From: Lachnospiraceae bacterium
GTDB lineage: Bacteria; Bacillota; Clostridia; Lachnospirales; Lachnospiraceae
Length of the DNA: 64,000 nucleotides
NCBI GenBank assembly: GCA_016286555.1
Contig: JAEETA010000012.1
Coordinates: 14,057 to 78,056 of the forward strand
Direction of reading: 5' to 3'
The position numbers were made by a program, and so were the translations under genes. The notes below the pieces were generated by a model that saw only the letters and a list, made by a program, of their open reading frames with translations, had not been told where the DNA came from and did no database searches. Shown here one piece after another: positions 1 through 9,819 of the stretch (the first letter of the stretch is position 1; each line of letters opens with the position of its first letter).

Positions 1-200
1 AAATCCCCTGCGCGATAGCGATCGCCCAGGGTCTTTTCATCTACCGCGAGGTATCCGTCAAATCGAGTTTCCTCACAGCCGTCCGTCATGACGCAGTCCA
101 CCTCCAGGTCCTCCCGGGCCTCCAGGCGGAACAGCGTAGTTAACACGAGAGCGCAGTTAGCGCTCCCGCAGATTGCAACTCTGATCTTATCTTCTGCCAT
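1..200 (-). CDS. Partial CDS running off the window start; hypothetical protein, probably glycan-related
   Basis: ATG at 200 preceded by AGGAG; open frame MAEDKIRVAICGSANCALVL... to the window edge; overlaps the stop of the upstream nucleotidyltransferase. Read by hand, not in the ORF track. Confidence 0.65.
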   Translation of the reverse strand, partial: MAEDKIRVAICGSANCALVLTTLFRLEAREDLEVDCVMTDGCEETRFDGYLAVDEKTLGDRYRAGD

Positions 201-1272
201 CGATACTCTCCTGTCCGGTCAGGGCAGCTTCCATGCGCTTCATCTCGTCGAACTGCCCCATGTCATACCAGGCTTCCTCGCTGACGGGGTAAATGCCGGT
301 GCGCTCTCCCGCCTCCCGGTAACGGTTGATGATATCGGGAAAACCGATGGGAGTGTCATTTTCCAGTTCCTCAATGACCCGGGGCTCTGCCACATAGCAG
401 CCGGTATTGGTGAGGAAGGAAAGGGAAGGCTTCTCCCGAATGCCCTTGATGGCGCCATCCTCCCGGAGATCCACCACGCCGTAGGGGAGTTTGAAATCCT
501 TGGCGGAAGTCACCATGGTGATGACATTCCCCTGAAGTCTGTGAGACTTTAAGATCTTGGAATAATCGTCCTTGATCAGGATATCGCAGTTGGTGAGGAT
601 GAAGGTGGAGTCCACTCTGCCCTTCAGAAGGCTCAGGCCTCCGCCGGTACCCAGGGGCTTGTCCTCATCCGCATACTCGATGCTGTAGGGATATTTTCCC
701 TCTCCCAGATATGCCTTGATCATGGACTTTTTGTGATTGACGATGAGGATAAAACGCTTCGCACCGTAGCGGTAGAAGCTGTTCATGATGTGCTCGATGA
801 TGGGAATATCGCCGATGGGGATCAGAGGCTTGGGCAGGATCTTGGTGTAGGGGTAGAGTCTGGTACCCAGACCACCCGCCATGATCACCACAGGAATATC
901 CTCCAGAGAATGAATGGCCTCAGGAGAAACGATATCTCCGTCACCTTCCAGGAAGAGGATGTCCGTAATCTTTCCTTCATCGTCCAGCAAAGGAATGGAC
1001 TCGATGTGAAAGCTCCGCATGATCCACTGCGCCAGCCCCGGCTCATAGTCCGAGACGCGGATGAATTTCGGATTGTAATTGGCCATCTCCTTGACGGGAG
1101 TCTCCAGGCTGCCGCCGGAGATCAGGAATCTCCGGACATCGCCGTCCGTCAGAGCTGCCACCAGTTTCTCGTCCCGCACCAGGAACAACACTCTTTTTGC
1201 CGTTGCGTCCAGGCGCTTTAATGCCTCAATAGCCGAGATCTCCTCGGAGATCTGCATATCCTTAATGCTCAT
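187..1272 (-). CDS. CBS-domain sugar-1-phosphate nucleotidyltransferase (PtmE/LegX-like)
   Basis: N-terminal CBS pair (LTDGDVRR); then VVIMAGGLGTRLYPYTKILPKPL, PLGTGGGL, NCD, EKP, WYDMG motifs. Confidence 0.85.
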   Translation of the reverse strand: MSIKDMQISEEISAIEALKRLDATAKRVLFLVRDEKLVAALTDGDVRRFLISGGSLETPVKEMANYNPKFIRVSDYEPGLAQWIMRSFHIESIPLLDDEGKITDILFLEGDGDIVSPEAIHSLEDIPVVIMAGGLGTRLYPYTKILPKPLIPIGDIPIIEHIMNSFYRYGAKRFILIVNHKKSMIKAYLGEGKYPYSIEYADEDKPLGTGGGLSLLKGRVDSTFILTNCDILIKDDYSKILKSHRLQGNVITMVTSAKDFKLPYGVVDLREDGAIKGIREKPSLSFLTNTGCYVAEPRVIEELENDTPIGFPDIINRYREAGERTGIYPVSEEAWYDMGQFDEMKRMEAALTGQESIDGRR

Positions 1273-1294
1273 TTCTCGTCAGACCTCCCGAGGG

Positions 1295-2251
1295 TCAGAA
1301 CAGACCCCACTGCTCTACATTGCCGCCGTTGAATTCCTTCTGTGCGTTCTCCAGCATGGTGCGGGGACGCATTTTTGCCTGATACTCCGGATTGTCGAAG
1401 ATGTGCTTGTGATCCTCCCGGACGGTCTGATTTTTCTCGAAGGAAATGGCATCAAAATCCTGTGCAAGCCATGTAAAATCAGCGTCGGAAATGGTGTCCG
1501 GATCAAAGAACTCCGCACCCAGGCGGAAGGAATGCCACTCCCGGAGGCGGTACACCGCGGAGTGCTTCAGTGCCATGTAGGAACCGTAGGTCTCAAACTC
1601 ACTGAAGGAGTTCACCTGGAGATCTGCGGGCTCGATGGCGTTAATGATCTTCTGCCAATAGTACTGACCGGGGATCTCTTCGTTTGCTTCGATGGCAGTG
1701 AGGAGATCCTCCATCAGTTCCGTCTTAAACAGCATATGCTCGGAGATAAAGGAAGGGCCGATGAGTTTGCACAGTCCGGGGATCAGTTTGCCCATGGTGT
1801 CAAAATAGCCCGGCACATACTCTGCCTTCACATCCAGATAGGGCTTGCCGTTCTCGGCAAACATGGAGAAGGGCTTGCAGGGGATGGTGTCCCCGTCCCA
1901 GACCATGTAATATTCCTCTCCGCAGTAATCCGCGTAGCTCATTTTCAAAAACTGCTGATAATACCAGCCGGCGATGCCTCTGGGAAGGGGCTGTCCGTTC
2001 AGAAGGTCCGCCATACGCTCGGAGATAGCGTCATATACGGCATCGAAAGGAAGAATGGCATTCTCGTCGATGAAAACGTAGGAATCGCCTCTCTGATCCT
2101 GTTCCATCCGTTCCAGGACTGCGGCGGAGCCCACCACGACGATCCGCCGTGCGGGCAGGTTTTGCAGGATCCTGTCATAGTGTTTTGCCACTCTGGCATA
2201 ATCCGTGTCCGTTACAACGATGAGTGCGTCATAACCCTGTACATCCTTCAT
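1295..2251 (-). CDS. DUF6492-like putative glycosyltransferase (GT-A fold)
   Basis: GWYYQQFLKM, VWDGDT (DxD), SFISEHM, FSEFETYG motifs; start moved to ATG 2251 after GGAGGT. Confidence 0.65.
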   Translation of the reverse strand: MKDVQGYDALIVVTDTDYARVAKHYDRILQNLPARRIVVVGSAAVLERMEQDQRGDSYVFIDENAILPFDAVYDAISERMADLLNGQPLPRGIAGWYYQQFLKMSYADYCGEEYYMVWDGDTIPCKPFSMFAENGKPYLDVKAEYVPGYFDTMGKLIPGLCKLIGPSFISEHMLFKTELMEDLLTAIEANEEIPGQYYWQKIINAIEPADLQVNSFSEFETYGSYMALKHSAVYRLREWHSFRLGAEFFDPDTISDADFTWLAQDFDAISFEKNQTVREDHKHIFDNPEYQAKMRPRTMLENAQKEFNGGNVEQWGLF

Positions 2252-2268
2252 CTTGTATACCTCCGTGA

Positions 2269-2381
2269 TGAGAAAATGCGAATGCATTTTCTCAGAATCG
2301 GGAATTGGTGCGTACGCGAAGCGTTTCTTATTCGCACCAATTCAGTTTAAAAGAAAAGCGCATCAGCGTTTTCTTTCAAAC
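2269..2381. repeat. Three tandem inverted repeats (hairpins) in the dusB-DUF6492 spacer
   Basis: tgagaaaatgc/gcattttctca (2269-2294); gaattggtgcg/cgcaccaattc (2302-2343); gtttaaaagaaaagcgc/gcgttttctttcaaac (2345-2381). Confidence 0.75.
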
Positions 2382-2398
2382 GCGAGCCTTCCTTCTCT

Positions 2399-3370
2399 TT
2401 ACTCTCCTCCGAACAGATCTTCAATGGTCTGCAGGATCTCCTCCGGTGTTTCAATGGCATTGATCCTGCCCCTTGCTTTCGATGCCCCGGGCATTCCCGC
2501 CGTATACCAGGCCAGATGCTTGCGCATCTCCCGGACACCGATGTAGTCCCCTTTTACTTCCAGAAGGAGCTGTGCGTGGCGTCTTGCCACCGCTCCCTTT
2601 TCGCTCTTTGTGGGCATCGGCAGTTCCTCTCCCGTTTCCAGGAAGTGGATGATCCGCCGGAAGATCCAGGGATTTCCCTCGGCCCCTCTGGCGATCATGA
2701 TACCGTCACAGCCGGTCTCCTCCAGCATCTGTTTTGCCTTCTGCGGTGAGGTCACATCTCCGTTACCGATGACCGGGATCTTCACCGCTTCCTTTACCTG
2801 CCGAATGATGTCCCAGTCCGCCTCCCCGGCGTAGTACTGGGATCTGGTCCTTCCGTGGACCGCGATGGCAGAGACCCCCGCATCCTCGGCCCGCTTTGCC
2901 AGCTCCACCGCATTTACATGGTCTGCATCCCAGCCCTTGCGGATCTTCACCGTCACCGGCTTGGTGCTGCCCTTGACCAGCTCCCGCAGAATGCGCTGCG
3001 CCAGTTCCGGGTCCTTCATAAGGGCGGAACCCTCACCGTTATTTACCACCTTGGGCACGGGACAGCCCATGTTAAAATCCAGGATATCAAAGGGGCGGTC
3101 GTCGATGGCTCTCGCCACCTCTCCCACCAGCTCCGGCTCGGAACCGAAGAGTTGCAGGCTCACGGGATGCTCACTCTCGCGGATCTCCAGCAACCGCTCC
3201 GTATTTTTGTTGTGATAGGAAATGGCCTTTGCACTCACCATCTCCATACAGACCATGCCGGCCCCCATCTCTCTGCAGAGCACCCGGAAGGGAATGTCCG
3301 TCACTCCCGCCATGGGCGCCAGGATCACGGGCTGCTCGATGGTCACGTTCCCCAGCTGCAAAGGCTTCAT
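2399..3370 (-). CDS. dusB: tRNA dihydrouridine synthase B
   Basis: LAPMAGVTD, QLFG, DFNMGCP, TVKIRKG, VHGRT, IGNGDV motifs. Confidence 0.95.
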   Translation of the reverse strand: MKPLQLGNVTIEQPVILAPMAGVTDIPFRVLCREMGAGMVCMEMVSAKAISYHNKNTERLLEIRESEHPVSLQLFGSEPELVGEVARAIDDRPFDILDFNMGCPVPKVVNNGEGSALMKDPELAQRILRELVKGSTKPVTVKIRKGWDADHVNAVELAKRAEDAGVSAIAVHGRTRSQYYAGEADWDIIRQVKEAVKIPVIGNGDVTSPQKAKQMLEETGCDGIMIARGAEGNPWIFRRIIHFLETGEELPMPTKSEKGAVARRHAQLLLEVKGDYIGVREMRKHLAWYTAGMPGASKARGRINAIETPEEILQTIEDLFGGE

Positions 3371-3753
3371 TCGGACTCCCCCAATTCCTTCAGGAGCGCC
3401 TCGGGGCTCTCCCCCAGGATCACCAGGCGATAGTAGAAGCTCAGCTGCTCCAGGAGTTCCGCTCTGGTACGGCGGATCTCACCGATGAGGAGTCCCGAAG
3501 ACACCTCGTCGTAATAGATGTCATCCTCCTCGGATTCCGTGGTCAGCACCACGTCTCCCTCCGGCGCAAAGCCGATGGTAAAGACGCCTCCCACCTCCTC
3601 GGTAAAGAGCACACAGATCACCTGCAGTTCCTCCTGAATGGACTTGGGGATTTTGGCAAAATCCGGGTTGTAATAGAATTTTTTCTCGTAAGCGCTGGAG
3701 CCGCAAAGGATCAGATTCCCCCGCTCGTCCCTGCGCAGATCTTTCTCGCTCAT
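3367..3753 (-). CDS. Conserved hypothetical protein (DUF6145-like)
   Basis: LCGSSAYEKKFYYN...LFTEEVGG...YDEVSSGL pattern; 4-nt overlap with dusB; between birA and dusB. Confidence 0.7.
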   Translation of the reverse strand: MSEKDLRRDERGNLILCGSSAYEKKFYYNPDFAKIPKSIQEELQVICVLFTEEVGGVFTIGFAPEGDVVLTTESEEDDIYYDEVSSGLLIGEIRRTRAELLEQLSFYYRLVILGESPEALLKELGESE

Positions 3754-3764
3754 AGTCTTCTCTT

Positions 3765-4772
3765 TCAGGTGTATCCGTAAATCCCGCGAACGCTGACTTC
3801 GCCGGCATACACCGCGCGCGTCTGCCCGTCCGCCGTTCGCACCAGGAGCTGTCCCTCGTCATCAATGCCGAGAGCCGTCGCTTCGTACTCCCCTGCGGGA
3901 TCCAGCACCCGAACCTCCCTGCCCTTGTTCACCAGGAAGGATTCATACTCCTCCCTGCAAAAGGCGGCGGTCTTCTCTTTCAGATAATTTTCGTACAGGC
4001 CTTCAAAATGCTCCAGAATCCGGGCTGTCAGTTCGCATCTCCTGGGCGCCGTTCCGAGGGCATCCTCCAGCGTTCCCGCTGTCTCCCGGAGCTCTGCCGG
4101 GAATTCCTGCTTCTTTACATTGATGCCAACGCCGATGACCACATAGTGGACAAAGCCGGGCTCTGCGCTCATCTCCGTGAGGGTACCGTTGATCTTCCGG
4201 CCTCCCATCACCACATCGTTGGGCCATTTGATCCGGGGACGCAGATCCTCCGGGAGGTTCTGCTCTGCGGCGATCTCCTCCAGGGCCTTCGCAATGGACA
4301 GCGCCATTAAAAGGGTCAGTAACGGCGCCTGCTCCGGCTGCACGTCAGGTCTCAGGATCAGGGAAAAATAGATGTTTTTTCCGGCAGGACTGTTCCAGCT
4401 CCGGCCTCGCCTGCCGCGGCCCGCGGTCTGCTCATCCGCCAGGAACACGGCCCCTTCCGGGGCTCCCTGCTCCGCTTCCGCCTTGGCACGGAGATTGGTG
4501 GAATCGATGGTGGGATAAAAAACAACCTCCCGTCCGATCCGATTCGTCCGCAGTCTGCTGAGAAGTTCCCTGCGGTCATAGACCTCAGCAGCCTCGTCCA
4601 GCAAACGATATCCGCGGTTTCGCACCGCTTCAATGACATATCCGTCTTTTTTCAGCTGCTCCACTGCCTTCCAGACTGCGTTGCGGGAGACCTGAAAATG
4701 CTCACAGATCTCCTGCCCCGACACATAGTCCTTCCGGTCCCGGAGCCATTCCAGGATCTCGGATTTCTCCAT
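3765..4772 (-). CDS. birA: Bifunctional biotin ligase/repressor
   Basis: N-terminal HTH (VSGQEIC..VSRNAVWK); STN, QTAGRGRRGRSW, IKWPND, GEVSVR. Confidence 0.95.
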   Translation of the reverse strand: MEKSEILEWLRDRKDYVSGQEICEHFQVSRNAVWKAVEQLKKDGYVIEAVRNRGYRLLDEAAEVYDRRELLSRLRTNRIGREVVFYPTIDSTNLRAKAEAEQGAPEGAVFLADEQTAGRGRRGRSWNSPAGKNIYFSLILRPDVQPEQAPLLTLLMALSIAKALEEIAAEQNLPEDLRPRIKWPNDVVMGGRKINGTLTEMSAEPGFVHYVVIGVGINVKKQEFPAELRETAGTLEDALGTAPRRCELTARILEHFEGLYENYLKEKTAAFCREEYESFLVNKGREVRVLDPAGEYEATALGIDDEGQLLVRTADGQTRAVYAGEVSVRGIYGYT

Positions 4773-4793
4773 AACCGTTTCTTTTGAACCACC

Positions 4794-5780
4794 TTACACG
4801 GTCGCATCCATCACTGCTTTGATGGTATGCATCCGGTTCTCCGCTTCCACAAACACCAGGCTGCGATCGGACTCAAAGACTTCATCCGTCACTTCCATCT
4901 CCTTCAGGCCAAAGCGCTTCGCAATATCCTTGCCGATGCCGGTATTCTCGTCGTGGAAGGCGGGCAGACAGTGCATGAAGACAGCCTTGGGACCCGCATT
5001 ATCCATGATGGCGCGATTCACCTGATAAGGGGACAGATCATTGATCCGCTCCTGCCAGACTTCATCGGGCTCACCCATGGATACCCACACATCGGTGGCC
5101 ACCACATTGGCGTCTTTGGTTCCCTCCATGGGATCCTCGGTGAGAATGATCTCTCCGCCGGTAGCTGCCGCGATCTCACGGCAGGTTGCCACCAGCTCCG
5201 CGTTGGGATGGTACTTCTTCGGCGCACACGCCACGAAGGTCATGCCCATCTTCGCACAGGCCACCATGAGGCTGTTGCCGGTGTTGTATCTTGCATCTCC
5301 CAGATAAGCCAGCTTGATGCCTTCCAGCTTTCCGAAATGCTCTCGGATGGTTAAGAGATCCGCCAGCATCTGGGTGGGATGAAACTCGTTGGTGAGGCCG
5401 TTCCATACGGGCACCTTGGAATAGTATGCCAGCTCCTCCACAATGCTCTGCTCAAAGCCGCGGTACTCGATGCCGTCGAACATACCTGCCAGCACTCTTG
5501 CGGTATCCGCAATGGACTCCTTCTTGCCGATCTGGGAGGTACCGGGCTCCAGATAGGTGGTTCCCATGCCCAGATCGTGAGCACCCACTTCAAATGCGCA
5601 GCGGGTGCGGGTGCTGGTCTTCTCAAAGATCAGCGCCACGTTCTTGCCCCGGTGATGATCCACCGGGATGCCTTTTTTCTTCTTGTCCTTCAGGTCGGCT
5701 GCCAGATCCAGCAGGTAGGTGATCTCCTCCGGCGTAAAATCCAGCAGTTTCAGAAAGTCTCTTCCTTTCAGATCGATCAT
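4794..5780 (-). CDS. argF: Ornithine carbamoyltransferase
   Basis: [28 protein letters not shown] motifs. Confidence 0.95.
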   Translation of the reverse strand: MIDLKGRDFLKLLDFTPEEITYLLDLAADLKDKKKKGIPVDHHRGKNVALIFEKTSTRTRCAFEVGAHDLGMGTTYLEPGTSQIGKKESIADTARVLAGMFDGIEYRGFEQSIVEELAYYSKVPVWNGLTNEFHPTQMLADLLTIREHFGKLEGIKLAYLGDARYNTGNSLMVACAKMGMTFVACAPKKYHPNAELVATCREIAAATGGEIILTEDPMEGTKDANVVATDVWVSMGEPDEVWQERINDLSPYQVNRAIMDNAGPKAVFMHCLPAFHDENTGIGKDIAKRFGLKEMEVTDEVFESDRSLVFVEAENRMHTIKAVMDATV

Positions 5781-5803
5781 TTTTCATTTCCTCCGTCACC
5801 TAG

Positions 5804-6808
5804 TCAGGTGCATTCATCGTACGCGTCCTTATAGACCTTATCCATGGGATCGTTGCAGGGAACATCCTTATCGGGACCGCCCTTTGCTCTGTCCGTTGCG
5901 TTGACAGCAGTCTTCAGGGTTGCGCCCAGGGATGCGATGCCCTGGAGTTCGGAAGGAAGCAGGATGGTGGTAGCACGTCCGTCTGCCACTGCCTCGAATG
6001 CCTCCAGACCCTTCAGGCGGAGCACGGTGTCATCGGCACCTGCTGCCTTCAGAGCACGGATACCGTCTGCCTTTGCCTGCTGAACCTTCAGGATTGCTTC
6101 CGCTTCACCTTCTGCCTCGCGGATCATCTTTTCCTTGTGTGCCTCTGCGTGAAGCACCAGTGCCTGCTTCTCCGCCTCTGCCTTCAGGATAGCGGATTCC
6201 TTGGCACCCTCTGCCTCCAGAATGCGGGCCTTCTTCTCACCTTCTGCTCTGGTGACGGCTTCACGTCTCTCACGCTCTGCCTTCATCTGCTTCTCCATGG
6301 CGTTCTGGATCTCAGCGGGAGGAATGATGTTCTTCAGCTCCACGCGGTTCACCTTGATACCCCAGGGATCGGTAGCCACATCCAGGCTGGATCTCATCTT
6401 GGTGTTGATGGTCTCACGGCTGGTAAGGGTCTCGTCCAGCTCCAGGTCACCGATGATATTTCTCAGCGTCGTAGCGGTCAGGTTCTCGATAGCCAGCATG
6501 GGATTTTCCACGCCGTAGGTATACAGCTTGGGATCGGTGATCTGATAGAAGACCACGGTGTCGATCCGCATGGTAACGTTATCCTTCGTAATAACGGGCT
6601 GAGGCGGAAAATCCGCTACCTGCTCCTTCAGGTTCACTCTGCGCGCCACCTTATCGATAAAGGGGGCCTTCAGGTGAAAGCCTACGGACCAGGTTCCCTG
6701 ATAAGCGCCCAGTCTCTCAATGACAAATGCCTGCGCCTGGGGAACGATCTTCAGACAGGACACCAGAACACAGATCACAACAACCAGCAATGCAATAAAT
6801 CCGTACAT
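5804..6808 (-). CDS. SPFH/band-7 (QmcA-like) membrane protein
   Basis: N-terminal TM; VITKDNV, TTLRNIIG, WGIKVNRVE, QMKAERERR; start at ATG 6808 after GGGAG. Confidence 0.9.
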   Translation of the reverse strand: MYGFIALLVVVICVLVSCLKIVPQAQAFVIERLGAYQGTWSVGFHLKAPFIDKVARRVNLKEQVADFPPQPVITKDNVTMRIDTVVFYQITDPKLYTYGVENPMLAIENLTATTLRNIIGDLELDETLTSRETINTKMRSSLDVATDPWGIKVNRVELKNIIPPAEIQNAMEKQMKAERERREAVTRAEGEKKARILEAEGAKESAILKAEAEKQALVLHAEAHKEKMIREAEGEAEAILKVQQAKADGIRALKAAGADDTVLRLKGLEAFEAVADGRATTILLPSELQGIASLGATLKTAVNATDRAKGGPDKDVPCNDPMDKVYKDAYDECT

Positions 6809-6879
6809 AACACTCCCTTTCCCCGGCATCTTTTTCGCCGGAACCCCTGATTATAATGACAGATACGTCACTTCTTTTC

Positions 6880-7323
6880 TTATGCTTTCGCTACAGGCGA
6901 AACGATGAGCTTTACACCTTCGATCCGACGGATCACCACCGTGGTGCCCTCGGGAATGATCTCATCGGGGCGGTCGCTGCGGGCGGTCCACTCATTACCG
7001 TTGACGGACACATGGCCCACGGCGTTAAGGTTGTCGATGGTCTCCTTCACCACTGCCTTCTCTCCCACCAGGCTCTCGGCATTGGTTTTCTGCCGGAACT
7101 TGTTGAAATATTTGGTGGCCAGCGGTCTCGTGATAAACAAAAGTGCCAGGCTCACTGCCACGAACAGAACGATCTGCAGCCAGAACGGAACGTGGATCAA
7201 TGCGACGATGAGGGCGATGAGAGCTCCTCCCGCAAACCAGATACTGGTCAGTCCCATGGTTATGATCTCCACCACGATGGAGACGATCAGAACAACGATC
7301 CAAAGAATCACATACGGGTCCAT
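6880..7323 (-). CDS. NfeD-family membrane protein
   Basis: Two to three TM helices then an OB-like C-terminus (GHVSVNGNEWTAR...IEGVKLIV); typical pairing with SPFH. Confidence 0.9.
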   Translation of the reverse strand: MDPYVILWIVVLIVSIVVEIITMGLTSIWFAGGALIALIVALIHVPFWLQIVLFVAVSLALLFITRPLATKYFNKFRQKTNAESLVGEKAVVKETIDNLNAVGHVSVNGNEWTARSDRPDEIIPEGTTVVIRRIEGVKLIVSPVAKA

Positions 7324-7505
7324 ATCTACTCCTTTCAGACAATTTGCCTATTTGGGATTTATTTTACTATATTTTCCACCTTTTGTCGAATATCGGAAAG
7401 TGGGATTCAGCAGTGAAAATACGCCGGATTTTTGCGGAATAAATGGGATAGAGTCTCAGAAAAGAGAGAGTGCCGAAGAGGCCCGTGGGAACAGGTGGGT
7501 GATAT

Positions 7506-7539
7506 AAAAACAGGGAGAGCAGTAAGCTCTCCCTGAAAA
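7506..7539 (-). terminator. Rho-independent terminator after the cell wall hydrolase
   Basis: cagggagagc/gctctccctg stem with an A run on the left (U tract on the minus strand). Confidence 0.8.
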
Positions 7540-7554
7540 TCGATCTCTGTTGAT

Positions 7555-8790
7555 TTAGTAGAACACGTGGTTACCGATGACGATACCTTCTCTTCCGTCG
7601 TTTCTGCGGAAGTGTGTGCAGGAACCCACATTGGAAACACCGCTGATGGCTTCGTTTGCCGCATTGATACAGCTCTGGCTGATCTTGCCGGAATTGTACA
7701 GCGTACCCACCTTGCCGTTCATGGCGGGAGTAAACTGTCCGGATGCAAAGATCACACCGTAGATGGTATTGGGATATGCACCGGAACGCACACGGTTCAT
7801 GACCACTGCGCCCACGGCCACCTGACCGTCGTAGCACTCGCCTCCGGCCTCGCACTGGATCAATGCTGCCAGGAGTCTTGCGGTATCCGCATCGGTGGAG
7901 ATGGCATCATAATTCACATGGCGCTTTGCCTCGGCCTCCGCTTTCTCGCGGGCCTTGATCTCTTCGATGGTCTCACCTGCGTCCACATGGAAGCTGGTAG
8001 TCACATACTCTGCGGAGATGTAGCCATCCTTGCCTTCATAGTCCACACACACCCAGATCACGGGTGCGGCTTCCTCTTCTTTGACTTCCTCGTCGTAGAC
8101 ATGAGGATCATTCTCATCCGCATCCTCTTCATCCGTAATGGCCGAGGCAAGAGGCTCATCATCATCATCCTCCTCTTCCTCTTCGCCGGGGATGATCTCC
8201 ACGACCTCCACCACTTCCAGAACTTCTCCGTTGGGAACCAGTCCCAGGACACCTTCATCGGTGCCGGGGCCTGAACGGACACGAAGGGTTTCCGTGTTCA
8301 CCACCGCCAGGGTGATACCCACTTCTTCGGCCATGGCCTCCGCCTCTTCGTCGAAGAGGAGATAGTCATCATTGGCCCAGCCCACCAGATTGCCGGACTT
8401 TAATTTCGTCCAGCCATCCTGCCGTTCCAGAATGGTGCCGCCGCAGTCCTTGTAGAGCATGCCGACCTTCTCGGCCTCCTCATCGGGCTCGCTGCGGACA
8501 TTCAATGCATTTTTTACGTTTGCCATGACCAGCGTGGATTCTTCCTCTTCCTCGAAGAGCTTCACTTCCACAAGAGTGATGTGAAGCCGCTCCGCCATGG
8601 AAAGAATCGCATCTTCCGTTGTCCCCTCGGAAGGGTTCAAGGTGCCGGAAAGGCCGCCCACCAGGCTGTTTAGGGCGCCGCGCCCTTTTGCCTCAGCCCG
8701 GATCTGCGCACCGGGAGCGAGTAAGACCAGCAGGAGCAGGAAAACGCCCACTGCCGTAAGCCCCGGAAGCAGTCCTTTGCTTCGTAACAT
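7555..8790 (-). CDS. Secreted SH3b-domain cell wall hydrolase (SleB/Hydrolase_2 family)
   Basis: Signal peptide; two SH3b starts (ALNVRSEP, TLRVRSGPG); C-terminal LIQCEAGGE, AVVMNRV, SGQF, IGNHVFY. Confidence 0.9.
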   Translation of the reverse strand: MLRSKGLLPGLTAVGVFLLLLVLLAPGAQIRAEAKGRGALNSLVGGLSGTLNPSEGTTEDAILSMAERLHITLVEVKLFEEEEESTLVMANVKNALNVRSEPDEEAEKVGMLYKDCGGTILERQDGWTKLKSGNLVGWANDDYLLFDEEAEAMAEEVGITLAVVNTETLRVRSGPGTDEGVLGLVPNGEVLEVVEVVEIIPGEEEEEDDDDEPLASAITDEEDADENDPHVYDEEVKEEEAAPVIWVCVDYEGKDGYISAEYVTTSFHVDAGETIEEIKAREKAEAEAKRHVNYDAISTDADTARLLAALIQCEAGGECYDGQVAVGAVVMNRVRSGAYPNTIYGVIFASGQFTPAMNGKVGTLYNSGKISQSCINAANEAISGVSNVGSCTHFRRNDGREGIVIGNHVFY

Positions 8791-8923
8791 ACGATAACCT
8801 CATTTTCGGAGCATCAGCTCCGCCTTGTCCCGCCTGTGTCCTTGTATCGCAAGCAAAAAAGCCCGATACAGCACGGAACAGCGTCAGTTTTTGACCTCAA
8901 TATGTTTCGTATTAATGTCAATC

Positions 8924-8940
8924 TTTACAAAAGTGTTACA
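8924..8940 (-). promoter_or_regulatory. WalR-type box TGTAAC-N5-TGTAAA
   Basis: Exact match to TGTWAH-N5-TGTWAH on the coding strand upstream of an autolysin gene, 2 nt upstream of a TTGACA. Confidence 0.55.
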
Positions 8941-8955
8941 GCGGACACGGGGTTT

Positions 8956-8984
8956 ATGTTAACAAATTAGATTTTATTTGTCAA
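8956..8984 (-). promoter_or_regulatory. SigA-type promoter TTGACA-N17-TAACAT
   Basis: Perfect -35 with a 17-nt spacer in an AT-rich spacer upstream of the hydrolase. Confidence 0.55.
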
Positions 8985-9021
8985 ACTCCCCCGGCCGAGC
9001 ACTCCGAAAATGCAGTATTTA

Positions 9022-9819
9022 TCACAGTTTGCGGGTCTTTTCGATGGTAGCCTCCATAGCATTCAGCACAGCTGCACGCAGGCCGCCCTCCTCCAAAGCC
9101 TTCACACCCTCAATGGTGGTGCCGCCGGGGGAACAGACCATATCCTTCAGCTCGCCGGGATGCTTTCCGGTCTCCAGCATCAGCTTTGCACTGCCAAGCA
9201 CTGCCTGCGCAGCAAATTCGTAAGCCTGCTTCCGGGGCATACCTCCTGCAACGGCGCCGTCTGCCAGAGCTTCCAGGAACAGGAACACAAAGGCGGGGGA
9301 ACTGCCGCTGACGGCTCCCACCACATCCATGAGACGCTCTTCCACCACGATGGCCTTGCCGAAGGATCCCATCATCTTGCATGCCAGATTCCGCTCTTCT
9401 TCCGTCACCGCACCGTGGAAGCACAAGCCGGTACAGCCCTCTCCCACCAGTGCGGGAGTGTTGGGCATAGTGCGGACGATGTGAAGTGCCTTTCTTTCGA
9501 AGGCCTCCTGGAGATAAACGATGCTCTTGCCCGCCACCACGCTGATGATCAGGGTCTTCTCGTTTACGCTGTCCTTGATCTCGGAGATCACATCCCCCAC
9601 GAACACGGGCTTTACCGCCAGGAAGAGCACATCACTGTTCTTCGCCACTTCCCGATTATCCGCATAGGTGGTGATGCCAAATTCCTTCCCCACCTTCTCC
9701 CTGGTAACTTCGGTCTTTGCCGATCCGCAGATATCTCCCGGCATTGCCAGTCCGCTCTGCAGGATCCCGCCGATGATAGCTTTGGCCATATTGCCCAATC
9801 CGATAAATCCGATCTTCAT
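9022..9819 (-). CDS. proC: Pyrroline-5-carboxylate reductase
   Basis: MKIGFIGLGNM, LAVKP, RTMPNTP, SGSSPA, VCSPGGTT; start at ATG 9819 after AAGGAGG. Confidence 0.95.
   Translation of the reverse strand: MKIGFIGLGNMAKAIIGGILQSGLAMPGDICGSAKTEVTREKVGKEFGITTYADNREVAKNSDVLFLAVKPVFVGDVISEIKDSVNEKTLIISVVAGKSIVYLQEAFERKALHIVRTMPNTPALVGEGCTGLCFHGAVTEEERNLACKMMGSFGKAIVVEERLMDVVGAVSGSSPAFVFLFLEALADGAVAGGMPRKQAYEFAAQAVLGSAKLMLETGKHPGELKDMVCSPGGTTIEGVKALEEGGLRAAVLNAMEATIEKTRKL

Noticed and set aside
8791-8915. Possible c-di-AMP (ydaO) riboswitch ahead of the cell wall hydrolase
   Set aside because: I could not find the conserved ydaO sequence blocks; an Rfam scan would be needed.
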